Of a stretch of DNA of 27,975 bases, positions 1-8,307 are shown in pieces. Source of the DNA: Terrimicrobiaceae bacterium (GTDB lineage Bacteria > Verrucomicrobiota > Verrucomicrobiia > Chthoniobacterales > Terrimicrobiaceae); contig JBGSVZ010000074.1 in NCBI GenBank assembly GCA_041752695.1, positions 1 to 27,975 on the forward strand, read 5' to 3'. The notes beneath the pieces are model-generated. The model worked only from the letters and a program-made list of their open reading frames with translations, did no database searches and was not told the DNA's origin. The stretch's first letter is position 1. Each line of letters begins with the position of its first letter. A program made the position numbers and the translations under genes.

Positions 1-1413
1 GCCGCGCTCGGTGCCAGCGCGGAGGCGCGCACCTTGCTGGTGAGCGGAGCCGATGCCCCGGCCGACCGCGCCGAGGCGAACGATGTCCTGGTCGGCGAGG
101 TCTGGCTCGGTTCCGGCCAGTCCAACATGCAGATGACCGCCGACGGCTACATCCCCGGGGCACCCACCCGCGAGCCTACCGACCCGAAGCCCAACGATCA
201 GAACCTGCTCAAACTTCTCGACGGCGCACCTTACCCGACCGTGCGTCTGGTCTGCACCACTTACAAAAACAACTCCGTCCGCCCCGAGAGGATCGAATGG
301 CAAACCGCCAGCCGGGAAAATCTCCTCCAATTCTCCGCCCAGCTCCAATCCTTCGGTGTGCCGCTCTCCCAGCGGCTTAATGTTCCCGTCGGGCTGATTC
401 TGATCGCGGTCGGCGGCTCGCCTTCTGGTCGCTGGATAGATCCAGCCGCCATTCGCGCCGATCCGCACGTGGCGCCGCTCATCGCCGGCGCCGCCGCCAA
501 GTTTTCCCGCGCTGACGAGGAGGCTAAATACGCCGCCGCCCTGGCCAAATACGAAGCCGAGTTCGCCATTTGGAACCTGCTCCCCGACGCCGAGAAAAAG
601 ACGGTCAAAGCCCCGGGCAAACCCGCCGCCGTCGTCGCCCCCGGCGAAGGCATGCGCTGGCCGGTCGGTGACTTGCATGACAACGTCCTCTCGCCCTTTA
701 TCGGTTACGGCCTGCGCGGGGTGCTCTGGGATCAGGGCGAGTCCGGCTCGATGGTGCGTGCCGTGGATCAATTCGCCGCCATGCAAGCCTTGATCGCAAG
801 TTGGCGGCGCGAGTGGGGCCAGCGCGACCTGCCCTTCTGCGTGGTGCAGAAACCCAGCGGCGGTGGCTGCGCCTTCGATCCCGCCGACCCCGTGTTCGGC
901 TGGGCCACGGACAGCTTTGAACCCTTGCCCGAAAGGGTCGCCGGCGATGGCCGTTCCCGCGAAATCAATCAGAACCTCGCCACCATTCCCGGCGTGTTTC
1001 TGGTGCCGACCGCCGACCTCGGCAGCGGTCTGCATCCGCTCAACAAATTCGCCTACGGCGCCCGCGGTCTCCAAGTCGCCCTGACCCGCGTTTACGGCCA
1101 GTCCGGCCCGTCCAGCGGCCCGGTTTTCCGCAGCGCCGAAGTCCTCGCCGACCGCATCCGCGTAACCTTCGACCACACCGACGGCGGCCTGTGTTTTCGC
1201 CAGGGCGACCGCCTCCAGGGTTTCGCGGTGGCGGGCGCGGACAAAAAATTCGTCTGGGCCGATGCCTGCATTGAAGGCGAGACCGTGATCGTTTCCAGCC
1301 CGAAGGTTCCAGCGCCACAATTCGTGCGCTATGCCTGGGACCCCAATCCCCGCTGGGCCAACCTCTTCAACGGCTCCGGCCTGCCCGCTCTGACTTTCCG
1401 TACCGACCCATAA
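1..1413 (+). CDS. Sialate O-acetylesterase-like (SASA/SGNH, CE20-like) carbohydrate esterase, 5'-partial
   Basis: Frame is open from base 1. Motifs DVLVGEVWLGSGQSNM, VPVGLI..AVGGS, GVLWDQGES, LHP and C-terminal GFAVAGADKKF...VRYAW...NLFNGSGLPA. Paralogous to 13160-14683 and 20853-22391. Confidence 0.9.
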   Translation, partial: AALGASAEARTLLVSGADAPADRAEANDVLVGEVWLGSGQSNMQMTADGYIPGAPTREPTDPKPNDQNLLKLLDGAPYPTVRLVCTTYKNNSVRPERIEWQTASRENLLQFSAQLQSFGVPLSQRLNVPVGLILIAVGGSPSGRWIDPAAIRADPHVAPLIAGAAAKFSRADEEAKYAAALAKYEAEFAIWNLLPDAEKKTVKAPGKPAAVVAPGEGMRWPVGDLHDNVLSPFIGYGLRGVLWDQGESGSMVRAVDQFAAMQALIASWRREWGQRDLPFCVVQKPSGGGCAFDPADPVFGWATDSFEPLPERVAGDGRSREINQNLATIPGVFLVPTADLGSGLHPLNKFAYGARGLQVALTRVYGQSGPSSGPVFRSAEVLADRIRVTFDHTDGGLCFRQGDRLQGFAVAGADKKFVWADACIEGETVIVSSPKVPAPQFVRYAWDPNPRWANLFNGSGLPALTFRTDP

Positions 1414-1418
1414 ACCTT

Positions 1419-1652
1419 GTGAAATACCTCAGCCTCGTTTGTTTTGCCGTGCCCGCTGGACTGGTCCATGCCGCCGATCTCAAGCCGCGCGGCGGCGAAT
1501 TCTGGTTCATGGCCGAGGCGCGGAAATGCGATCCCGCCAACCTCACGGCGCCGATTACCATGACCGTCGGCGCATATCAGAATGGCCGCTACGGAGCCCC
1601 CCTCGTCAAACCTTCAACGTCTGTCTACCGCACCTTCAGTCTCCTGCCCTGA
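1419..1652 (+). pseudogene. Internally deleted remnant (77 aa) of a paralog of the 5470-7317 protein: signal peptide plus extreme C-terminus
   Basis: GTG start 5 nt after the upstream stop; signal-like MKYLSLVCFAVPAGLVHA. The last 27 aa GAYQNGRYGAPLVKPSTSVYRTFSLLP match GAYQSGRYGDHPVKPSTTVYQTFHLLP of 5470-7317 at 20/27 positions. Confidence 0.75.
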
Positions 1653-1660
1653 ACCTCTCG

Positions 1661-2749
1661 ATGCCAACCACTGCACGCTTTTGTTTTTTACCGGACGAAC
1701 CCTGGCCCGACGACCAGGGCAACCACATCAACGCCCACGGCGGGGGAATCCTTCATCACGAAAACACCTACTACTGGTTTGGCGAGCACAAGGAGGAGGG
1801 CGATACCGCCGAGGTCGGCGTTCACGTTTACACGTCCACCGATCTCTACAACTGGACCGATCGCGGGATCGCCCTTGCCGTGGTCGACACCCCGGGACAC
1901 GACATCGAAAGCGGCTGCATCATCGAACGCCCCAAGGTGATCTTCAACTCACCCACCGGAAAGTTCATCATGTGGTTTCACCTCGAATTGAAGGGCCACG
2001 GTCGTAAGGCCGCCCGCAGTGGGGTCGCCATCGCCGACAATCCCGCCGGTCCCTACCGTTTCCTCCACTCCCTTCGCCCGAACCCCGGCGTCTGGCCCTA
2101 TGACGTCACCCCCGAACAGACCGCCGCCCTCGATGACGGACAGAAACTCATCGGAACCGCCTTCTGGGGCAGTCCGCATCCTGACCGCGCCAAAATGAAT
2201 TTTCTCGGTCGCGATTTCCACACCGGTCAAATGGCCAAGGACATGACTCTCTTCGTTGATGACGATGACACCGCCTACCACATCTATTCATCCGAAGAAA
2301 ACGCCACACTCCAAATCGCGCAATTGAGTGAAGACGGTTGCTCGCACAACGGTCGTTGGACGCGCGCGTTTCCGTACCTCTGGCACGAGGCCCCCGCCGT
2401 GTTTAAACATGCCGATCGCTACTGGATGCTCTCCTCCCACTGCACCGGTTGGAACCCCAACACCGCCCGCGCCTCAGTTGCCGACAGCATCTGGGGCCCT
2501 TGGCACGACCTCGGCAATCCGTGCATGGGACCCACGACCGCCGGGCGCCTCGGCCCCGAACTCACCTTTGGAGGCCAGAGCACCTCTGTCCTGCCGGTTC
2601 CCGGAAAACCAGGCGCCTTCATCGCGATGTTCGACACCTGGCGCCCTGAAGCCCACCGCACCGGCGGCTACATCTGGCTGCCCATCCGCTTCGGAAATGA
2701 TCGGTTCACCATCGCGTGGCACGACCGCTGGGATCTGTCCCTTTTTTAA
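1661..2749 (+). CDS. Glycoside hydrolase family 43, subfamily 24-like (exo-beta-1,3-galactanase-like)
   Basis: ATG at 1661, in frame with ORF 1439-2749. Motifs WPDDQGNHINAHGGGIL, YYWFGEHK, IERPKVIFN, DMTLFVDDD.TAYHIYSSEEN, EAPAVFK, TGWNPN and TFGGQST (Gln in the position typical of GH43_24). No signal peptide visible. Confidence 0.88.
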   Translation: MPTTARFCFLPDEPWPDDQGNHINAHGGGILHHENTYYWFGEHKEEGDTAEVGVHVYTSTDLYNWTDRGIALAVVDTPGHDIESGCIIERPKVIFNSPTGKFIMWFHLELKGHGRKAARSGVAIADNPAGPYRFLHSLRPNPGVWPYDVTPEQTAALDDGQKLIGTAFWGSPHPDRAKMNFLGRDFHTGQMAKDMTLFVDDDDTAYHIYSSEENATLQIAQLSEDGCSHNGRWTRAFPYLWHEAPAVFKHADRYWMLSSHCTGWNPNTARASVADSIWGPWHDLGNPCMGPTTAGRLGPELTFGGQSTSVLPVPGKPGAFIAMFDTWRPEAHRTGGYIWLPIRFGNDRFTIAWHDRWDLSLF

Positions 2750-5473
2750 ATGACTATGAAGACTCTCCTCATACCAAACGCCAGATTCTCCGGACTCCTC
2801 TTGATCGCCGCGTGTGCGATGCAGGCTCCGTTATCTCTGGCCGAAACATCGGCCACCCTCGCCGATCCGGAGGCCCTGCGTCAGGCCGTTCCCGCACTTC
2901 GCGATCAACGGCATTGGACCGAGTTTGCCACGCCCGAGCAGATCAAACTTTACGATGGCCCGGAGACGGTTTACCCCGAGATTCCTGCCTCGGCCCATGA
3001 CCTCACCGGCCTTGACCCCACCCTGCTTGGGTCACCGGTGCCCTCGCCCGGGGTGCATCCTCGCATCCTCTTTAGTCCGGTCGACATCCCTAAGCTGAAG
3101 CGTCGTCTTGAACAAAGCAAAACCGGCCAGAAGGCTCTGCTGGAAACGCGTTTCTTGCTCGACCAGACTTTGTATAACGCCGCTTCCGACGAAGGAAAAA
3201 TCTACGCCAAACTCGTGGCGGGCGACACGGCAGATCTAAAGTTCTTAACCCCCGAGGCACCCAAGCAAGTTGACTCGCTCACGCTCACCACTCCGCCCCG
3301 CCATTGGTTTGAAGGTTACCAACAGACGCTGCCCGAAACGATCCACACCGCCTATCTGCCGAACTTGCTTGCGGCGTCTGCCTTTCAGGCCCTGCTCGAT
3401 GGTGACGCCACCCGCGGGCGCGAGACCGCCACCGCCATCGCAAACTATTACAAACTGCGCAATCCCATCATCGACGCCTATGCGGAGGCGCAAGATCGTC
3501 AGCAACTCGCTCCCAAGGATTATTGGCGTTCCATTTTCGGCGTCGCCGGCGGAAACAATCTCGCCTTTTGCTACGACCTCGCCGCGCCCTGGATGAACGA
3601 GGATCAACGCGACGTCATGCGTCATGCCATCGCTTCCGCCACCTCCGGTCGTCTCGCGTATGGCATGAACGGCCCCGCCCGCTGGGTGGAAACCAACTGG
3701 TCCGGTTGGGATCTGGAGCACTACCTCACGGCTTTGGCAATTGAAGGTGAGCCGGGCTATGACCCGAACATTCAGCCTGCCGCACTTCGCACCCTCAAGG
3801 GCTACCTGCAGTGGGGGATCAGCCCCCACGGCACGATCTTTGAAAGCAACGGCAAGATCGGTGCGGGATTTCACTACGCCATGCTCACCGCCATCGCTCT
3901 TGCCCGTCGGGGCGAGAACCAACTCGGCCATCCGCATCTCCGCCAGCTCCCGCTCGCGCAGGCGCAGACCGTCATTCCGTCTGGAGAATACCATGTCAAC
4001 AACGGCACGTGGGGCAATGCGCCCTTTGCCTACGGCCACTTCTTCACCAGTTTATACCCCGGCGAAAAAGCTGCCGCCGCCGGCAACCTTCTCATGCGCC
4101 AGGATCGCCCTGACCTCGCCGCATTTGATCCCGAACATCATAAACAGTCTCTCCTAGCCACGGTCCAAAAACCCGCCGGTCCGGCCACCGGCAAGCCACT
4201 CACCAAAATCAACTGGCGCAAAATCACCCCGCTGACCCCCGCCCACGTCATGGGCCCCACACCCTACGAGAGCGCTGATTGGCAGGGAGCGGACGACATC
4301 GCGAAAACCCGCGAGTCCGTCAACTTGCCGCTCGACTTCGCCGACCCGGTTCATGGTCTTCTAGCCAGTCGCTCCAGCTCCAATGCCGACGCGCTTTTCC
4401 TGATGTTTGAGGCGCGCGCAGATCTCTCCACTATCGGCCACCAACAACACGACGCCGGTCATTTTTACCTCGCGGCCCACGGCGAAATGTGGGGCGTCGA
4501 GGCTGGCGCAAAATCCGGTTATTCCCTTGATCACTCCAATGTCCGCATCGACGGACTCGGGCTCGCCGATGTTGCGTATCCCCCCCGCGTGAAATTCCTC
4601 AGCTCCACGATCACCGATTCCGGTGCCATCGCCACGGCCGATCTCTCCAATGCCTACAACTACGGATGGGTCGGCCCCACCCAGTTTCAGTGGACGATCC
4701 CGGACGCGGCCACGTGGAAAATCAGCCCCGAAACCGATCCTGATGTCGTCGCGTTTTTTCGCGGCACGAAGAACTACAAAATGCGGATCTGGGGCGACAA
4801 TTATTTCAAACAAAACTGGGGCCCCACGATGCGCGTGGAATCCGCCAATCCCGTCAAATCGGCCTTCCGTAGCGCTGGCCTTGTGCGCGGTGTCCACCCC
4901 TACGCGCTCATCCTTGACGACATCGACAAGGGCGACGGCAAAGAACACGACTATGATTGGGTCATGCAAGTGCCCAACAGCGTTCGCATCGCCGATATCG
5001 AACTCCCCGTCGGCAATCCTGCCTCAGCCGTCTTGGTCAAGGCCGCCGGTGGTGATGACTGGCGTATGACCGACGTGCAGGCAACCCCGGACGGCACGCC
5101 CGCGCTGCTCGTGGTTGCTCTCGACGTGCCGGTCACCGTCGGCCCGCAGTTGTGGAATTTCTACAAGGCCACCGAGCAACCGTTCCGCCTCGACGTGCGC
5201 AGCTACACCGCGACCAAAGCCAACCAAATCCTCACCCGCACACGCCTTTATTTCACCCGCCGCGATACCGAGCTTCGCTCCCGCATTGCGCTCATCCCAT
5301 TTAAGATCGGCGAGGCCCTGCCGAAGATCACTTGGGATGCCGCATCCACCACCGCCATGCTCCAGTGGCCCAAACAAAAAGACACCCTCGTTTTTTCCGC
5401 TCACAAGACCACCGACCCCACCCGCGTCACGGTCCTGCGCGACGGCGCGGAGATCCTTTCCTCTAGCCGATGA
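2750..5473 (+). CDS. Secreted heparinase II/III-like (putative polysaccharide lyase) protein
   Basis: Signal-like N-terminus; PGVHPRILF, AFCYDLAAPWM, TNW, GHQQHDAGHFYLAAHGEMW, HSNVRIDG and HPYALILDDI resemble toroid plus beta-sandwich lyases of the heparinase II/III type. Start abuts the GH43 stop (alternative ATG at 2756). Confidence 0.65.
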   Translation: MTMKTLLIPNARFSGLLLIAACAMQAPLSLAETSATLADPEALRQAVPALRDQRHWTEFATPEQIKLYDGPETVYPEIPASAHDLTGLDPTLLGSPVPSPGVHPRILFSPVDIPKLKRRLEQSKTGQKALLETRFLLDQTLYNAASDEGKIYAKLVAGDTADLKFLTPEAPKQVDSLTLTTPPRHWFEGYQQTLPETIHTAYLPNLLAASAFQALLDGDATRGRETATAIANYYKLRNPIIDAYAEAQDRQQLAPKDYWRSIFGVAGGNNLAFCYDLAAPWMNEDQRDVMRHAIASATSGRLAYGMNGPARWVETNWSGWDLEHYLTALAIEGEPGYDPNIQPAALRTLKGYLQWGISPHGTIFESNGKIGAGFHYAMLTAIALARRGENQLGHPHLRQLPLAQAQTVIPSGEYHVNNGTWGNAPFAYGHFFTSLYPGEKAAAAGNLLMRQDRPDLAAFDPEHHKQSLLATVQKPAGPATGKPLTKINWRKITPLTPAHVMGPTPYESADWQGADDIAKTRESVNLPLDFADPVHGLLASRSSSNADALFLMFEARADLSTIGHQQHDAGHFYLAAHGEMWGVEAGAKSGYSLDHSNVRIDGLGLADVAYPPRVKFLSSTITDSGAIATADLSNAYNYGWVGPTQFQWTIPDAATWKISPETDPDVVAFFRGTKNYKMRIWGDNYFKQNWGPTMRVESANPVKSAFRSAGLVRGVHPYALILDDIDKGDGKEHDYDWVMQVPNSVRIADIELPVGNPASAVLVKAAGGDDWRMTDVQATPDGTPALLVVALDVPVTVGPQLWNFYKATEQPFRLDVRSYTATKANQILTRTRLYFTRRDTELRSRIALIPFKIGEALPKITWDAASTTAMLQWPKQKDTLVFSAHKTTDPTRVTVLRDGAEILSSSR

Positions 5474-7317
5474 AACTGCTGGCCGTCGCCCTCGCCCTTA
5501 GCCTCGTTTCGCCTCCTCACGCCCTTGCCTCGGATCCGGGGGAAAACGCGATTTTTCAATACTTCGCGCCCTCCGAGGATCCCAAAGCGCGGCCCAACTG
5601 CGGGGCTTATCTCTGGGTGCCACCGGAGGCTTCGGTGATTCGCGGAGTTTTGGTGGGCATTCAAAACGGGCTGCCGCTTCCTCTCCTGCAACATCCGGCT
5701 ATTCGTGAGGTGTGTCGAAAGCATGGCCTCGCGCAAATCCTACTGACACCCCACGGCACGGAAATTGGACCGGTCATGTTGAAGGACCTTGTCTTCGACA
5801 TCACCGATCCCGGGCGCACGGCGATTTTTGACTCTTACCTCACCCGGCTGGCGGCCCTCTCGGGACATCCCGAACTCACCACCGCCCCGCTGGTGCCGCT
5901 CGCGCACTCCGCCTTTGCGAGTTTTCCGTTTGATGTGGCCATGCGCGATCCGGCGCGTTGCCTGGCCCTTCTTCCCATCAAAGCGGGGCTGCCCGACCCG
6001 TACAAATTTTACGGCACCGAAGGAGGTGCCAAAGTTCCCGACCCATCCCGCAACCTCGGGGGCGTGCCGATTCTTTTCCTCCAATCCGCGAGTCAGGAAA
6101 CGGTCGGTTGGTCGGCCTATCCTCGCGGGGGAAGCCCCTACCGGGCCTACCGTCAGGACCATGCCAACCACGACGGCAGCGTTTACGAACCTCGCAATGA
6201 ACTCTTCGGGGCAAACTGGGACATGATGAGCGGACACTTTGACCTTCTTCCGCGCAATTACGCCTTTGTTGCCAAATGGCTCGATGCCATCGCCACGGCC
6301 CGCCTCCCGGAGAAACCCGGTCAGCCGCTTCGCCCGCTTTTGCTCAAAGACGGATGGCTCATCGATCCCGCTGTGCCCGCGGCGGTAACCCTGCCTGACA
6401 ATTTCCCCGCGCCCGCTCCCTATGCGGAATTCAGTGGTGACCGAGCCAAAGCCCTTTGGTATCCGACGCGTGAGCTGGCAGAAGAACAATTCGCGATCTA
6501 CCGTGACGAACCTCGCCGCGAGATCGAACTCTTCACCTTCCTTGATGCCGAGGGTAATCCCCTCCCACTCGCCCACGGGCATATGGCGGAAGTCCCAAAA
6601 AACAGCCTTCCTCTCGATGAGACCGGAGCATTTGTCTTAACAACTCACGCCCTCACTTCTCCACCCCAAATCTGCACCAACAAAGAACGTGGTCACGAGA
6701 AAAAGCCGGAGCCCGCCTGCACGTTCGACAATGTCGGGTTTCCCGGACGCGATTCCCTGCCCGTCTCGAAATTGCCGCTCCTCCTGGACCTCAACGCCAC
6801 TCCGCTCGAGTTGGTTCGACAAGAAACCCTGACGGACGAACGCGGAGCTCCCCAGACGCGATTCACCCTGCGCGTCACACGCAACCGCCTTGCCCCCGAG
6901 GTCGGCTATCTTCAGTTTTATCCGCGTGTTTATCACGAGGGCGACGATCGTTTCGCCGCCACCGGACGCACTGCCAAATTCGAATGGACAATGCCCGATC
7001 TGGCGAAGGACGGTGCGGCGCAGACCATCGATTTTCCCGCGGTCGCTGATGCTCCTGCAACCACGGCTGCCATCCCGCTCAATGCCGTAAGTTCCGAAGA
7101 CCTGCCGGTTTCCTATTTTGTCGTTCATGGACCCGGCGTCATCCGTGATGGGGCTTTCGTTCCAGTGGATGTTCCCGTCGGGTTCCATACCCCGCTCCCG
7201 GTGAAGTTCGGGGCTTATCAGAGCGGACGCTACGGCGATCATCCGGTGAAACCCTCAACGACTGTTTATCAAACCTTCCACCTCCTGCCTCCGGCGCGAC
7301 CCGCTTCACTGCCATGA
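5470..7317 (+). CDS. Secreted hypothetical protein: alpha/beta-hydrolase-like N-terminal domain plus C-terminal Ig-like module
   Basis: ATGA overlap with the upstream gene; signal peptide MKLLAVALALSLVSPPHALA; YLWVPP...IRGVLV; elbow-like PLVPLAHSAFA; C-terminal QTIDFP...SSEDLPVSY.VVHGPG module. Paralog of 14864-16513. Confidence 0.7.
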   Translation: MKLLAVALALSLVSPPHALASDPGENAIFQYFAPSEDPKARPNCGAYLWVPPEASVIRGVLVGIQNGLPLPLLQHPAIREVCRKHGLAQILLTPHGTEIGPVMLKDLVFDITDPGRTAIFDSYLTRLAALSGHPELTTAPLVPLAHSAFASFPFDVAMRDPARCLALLPIKAGLPDPYKFYGTEGGAKVPDPSRNLGGVPILFLQSASQETVGWSAYPRGGSPYRAYRQDHANHDGSVYEPRNELFGANWDMMSGHFDLLPRNYAFVAKWLDAIATARLPEKPGQPLRPLLLKDGWLIDPAVPAAVTLPDNFPAPAPYAEFSGDRAKALWYPTRELAEEQFAIYRDEPRREIELFTFLDAEGNPLPLAHGHMAEVPKNSLPLDETGAFVLTTHALTSPPQICTNKERGHEKKPEPACTFDNVGFPGRDSLPVSKLPLLLDLNATPLELVRQETLTDERGAPQTRFTLRVTRNRLAPEVGYLQFYPRVYHEGDDRFAATGRTAKFEWTMPDLAKDGAAQTIDFPAVADAPATTAAIPLNAVSSEDLPVSYFVVHGPGVIRDGAFVPVDVPVGFHTPLPVKFGAYQSGRYGDHPVKPSTTVYQTFHLLPPARPASLP

Positions 7318-8303
7318 AATTCCCCCGTTCCACGAAGACTGCAATCCGGGTTTGGCTTTTTGCTGTGCTTTTTTCCGGGCATCTCCAAGCAGCGGAGAAC
7401 TTCGCGGATTATCTCGCGAACCCGCAGGCTCCGGAGACCATTCAGTATGCTCAGCGCGGCGGCAAATCACTAGTTTTGAATGCGTTCAAGCCGCAGGGAA
7501 TAAGACCCGGCGAGGCCGCTCCAGCCCTGGTCTTGATTCACGGAGGCGGATGGGTGGGTGGCACGCCGGATGCCTTCATGCTCATGGCCCGCTATTTTGC
7601 CACGCGCGGAATGGCCACCTTCAACATCACGTACCGATTGGCTAAGCCAGGGGAATCCGGGGTGGAGGATTGTCTGAAAGATTGCCGGAGCGCCTTGCGA
7701 TACATTCGGGCCCATGCGGAAAAGTTAGGAGTTGATCCAAACCGCATTGCCGTGCTCGGAGATTCCGCAGGTGGCCACTTGGCCGCGGCTCTCGGCACTT
7801 TGGGGGGATTTGATCATCCTGACGATAATCTTTCCGTCAGCGCCGTCGCCGATGCGATGGTCCTCTACAATCCCATTGTCGATATGACGGAAGGCGATTG
7901 GATTCGTTTTGCTGTCGGTGGACAGGCCCTTGCCGACCGCAAATCTCCCCGTCCCGAGGCGCCCCACGAAGTCGCAGCAGCGCGGGCGCTTTCCCCGGTT
8001 TTTCACGTCAAGCCGCAGCAACCACCAGCGTTGCTCATCCATGGCCGCGCCGACAAGATCGTTCCCGTTAGTCAGGCGGAGCGTTTTGCGGCCGCTGCCG
8101 AGGAGGCCGGCAATCGCTGCGACCTCATCGTGCTCGAAGAAACCGGCCACGCCTTTGTTGTTCCCGCCTACAAATCTCCCGAACCCGTCGTGGTCTCCGC
8201 GGTTCAGGAAGCGGATCGTTTCCTCCACTCCCTCGGATGGATTTCCGGCGACCCGACGTTGTCCGTCTCCGCGGAGCCTGCCTGGACCCTCCCCAAAAAA
8301 TAG
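7314..8303 (+). CDS. Secreted alpha/beta-hydrolase esterase (HSL / family IV, BD-FAE-like)
   Basis: HGGGW oxyanion motif, GDSAGGHL nucleophile, HGRADKIVP (Asp) and GHAF (His); signal peptide ending LQA; ATGA overlap with the upstream gene. Confidence 0.9.
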   Translation: MKFPRSTKTAIRVWLFAVLFSGHLQAAENFADYLANPQAPETIQYAQRGGKSLVLNAFKPQGIRPGEAAPALVLIHGGGWVGGTPDAFMLMARYFATRGMATFNITYRLAKPGESGVEDCLKDCRSALRYIRAHAEKLGVDPNRIAVLGDSAGGHLAAALGTLGGFDHPDDNLSVSAVADAMVLYNPIVDMTEGDWIRFAVGGQALADRKSPRPEAPHEVAAARALSPVFHVKPQQPPALLIHGRADKIVPVSQAERFAAAAEEAGNRCDLIVLEETGHAFVVPAYKSPEPVVVSAVQEADRFLHSLGWISGDPTLSVSAEPAWTLPKK

Positions 8304-8307
8304 TCTC

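Noticed and set aside
1439..1660. N-terminal extension of the GH43 ORF in the track
   Set aside because: Arg-rich nonsense overlapping the 77-aa remnant in another frame; family similarity starts after ATG 1661.
7909..8307. N-terminal extension of the 1681-aa ORF
   Set aside because: Overlaps the esterase gene; ATG 8308 gives a clean signal peptide right after the upstream stop.
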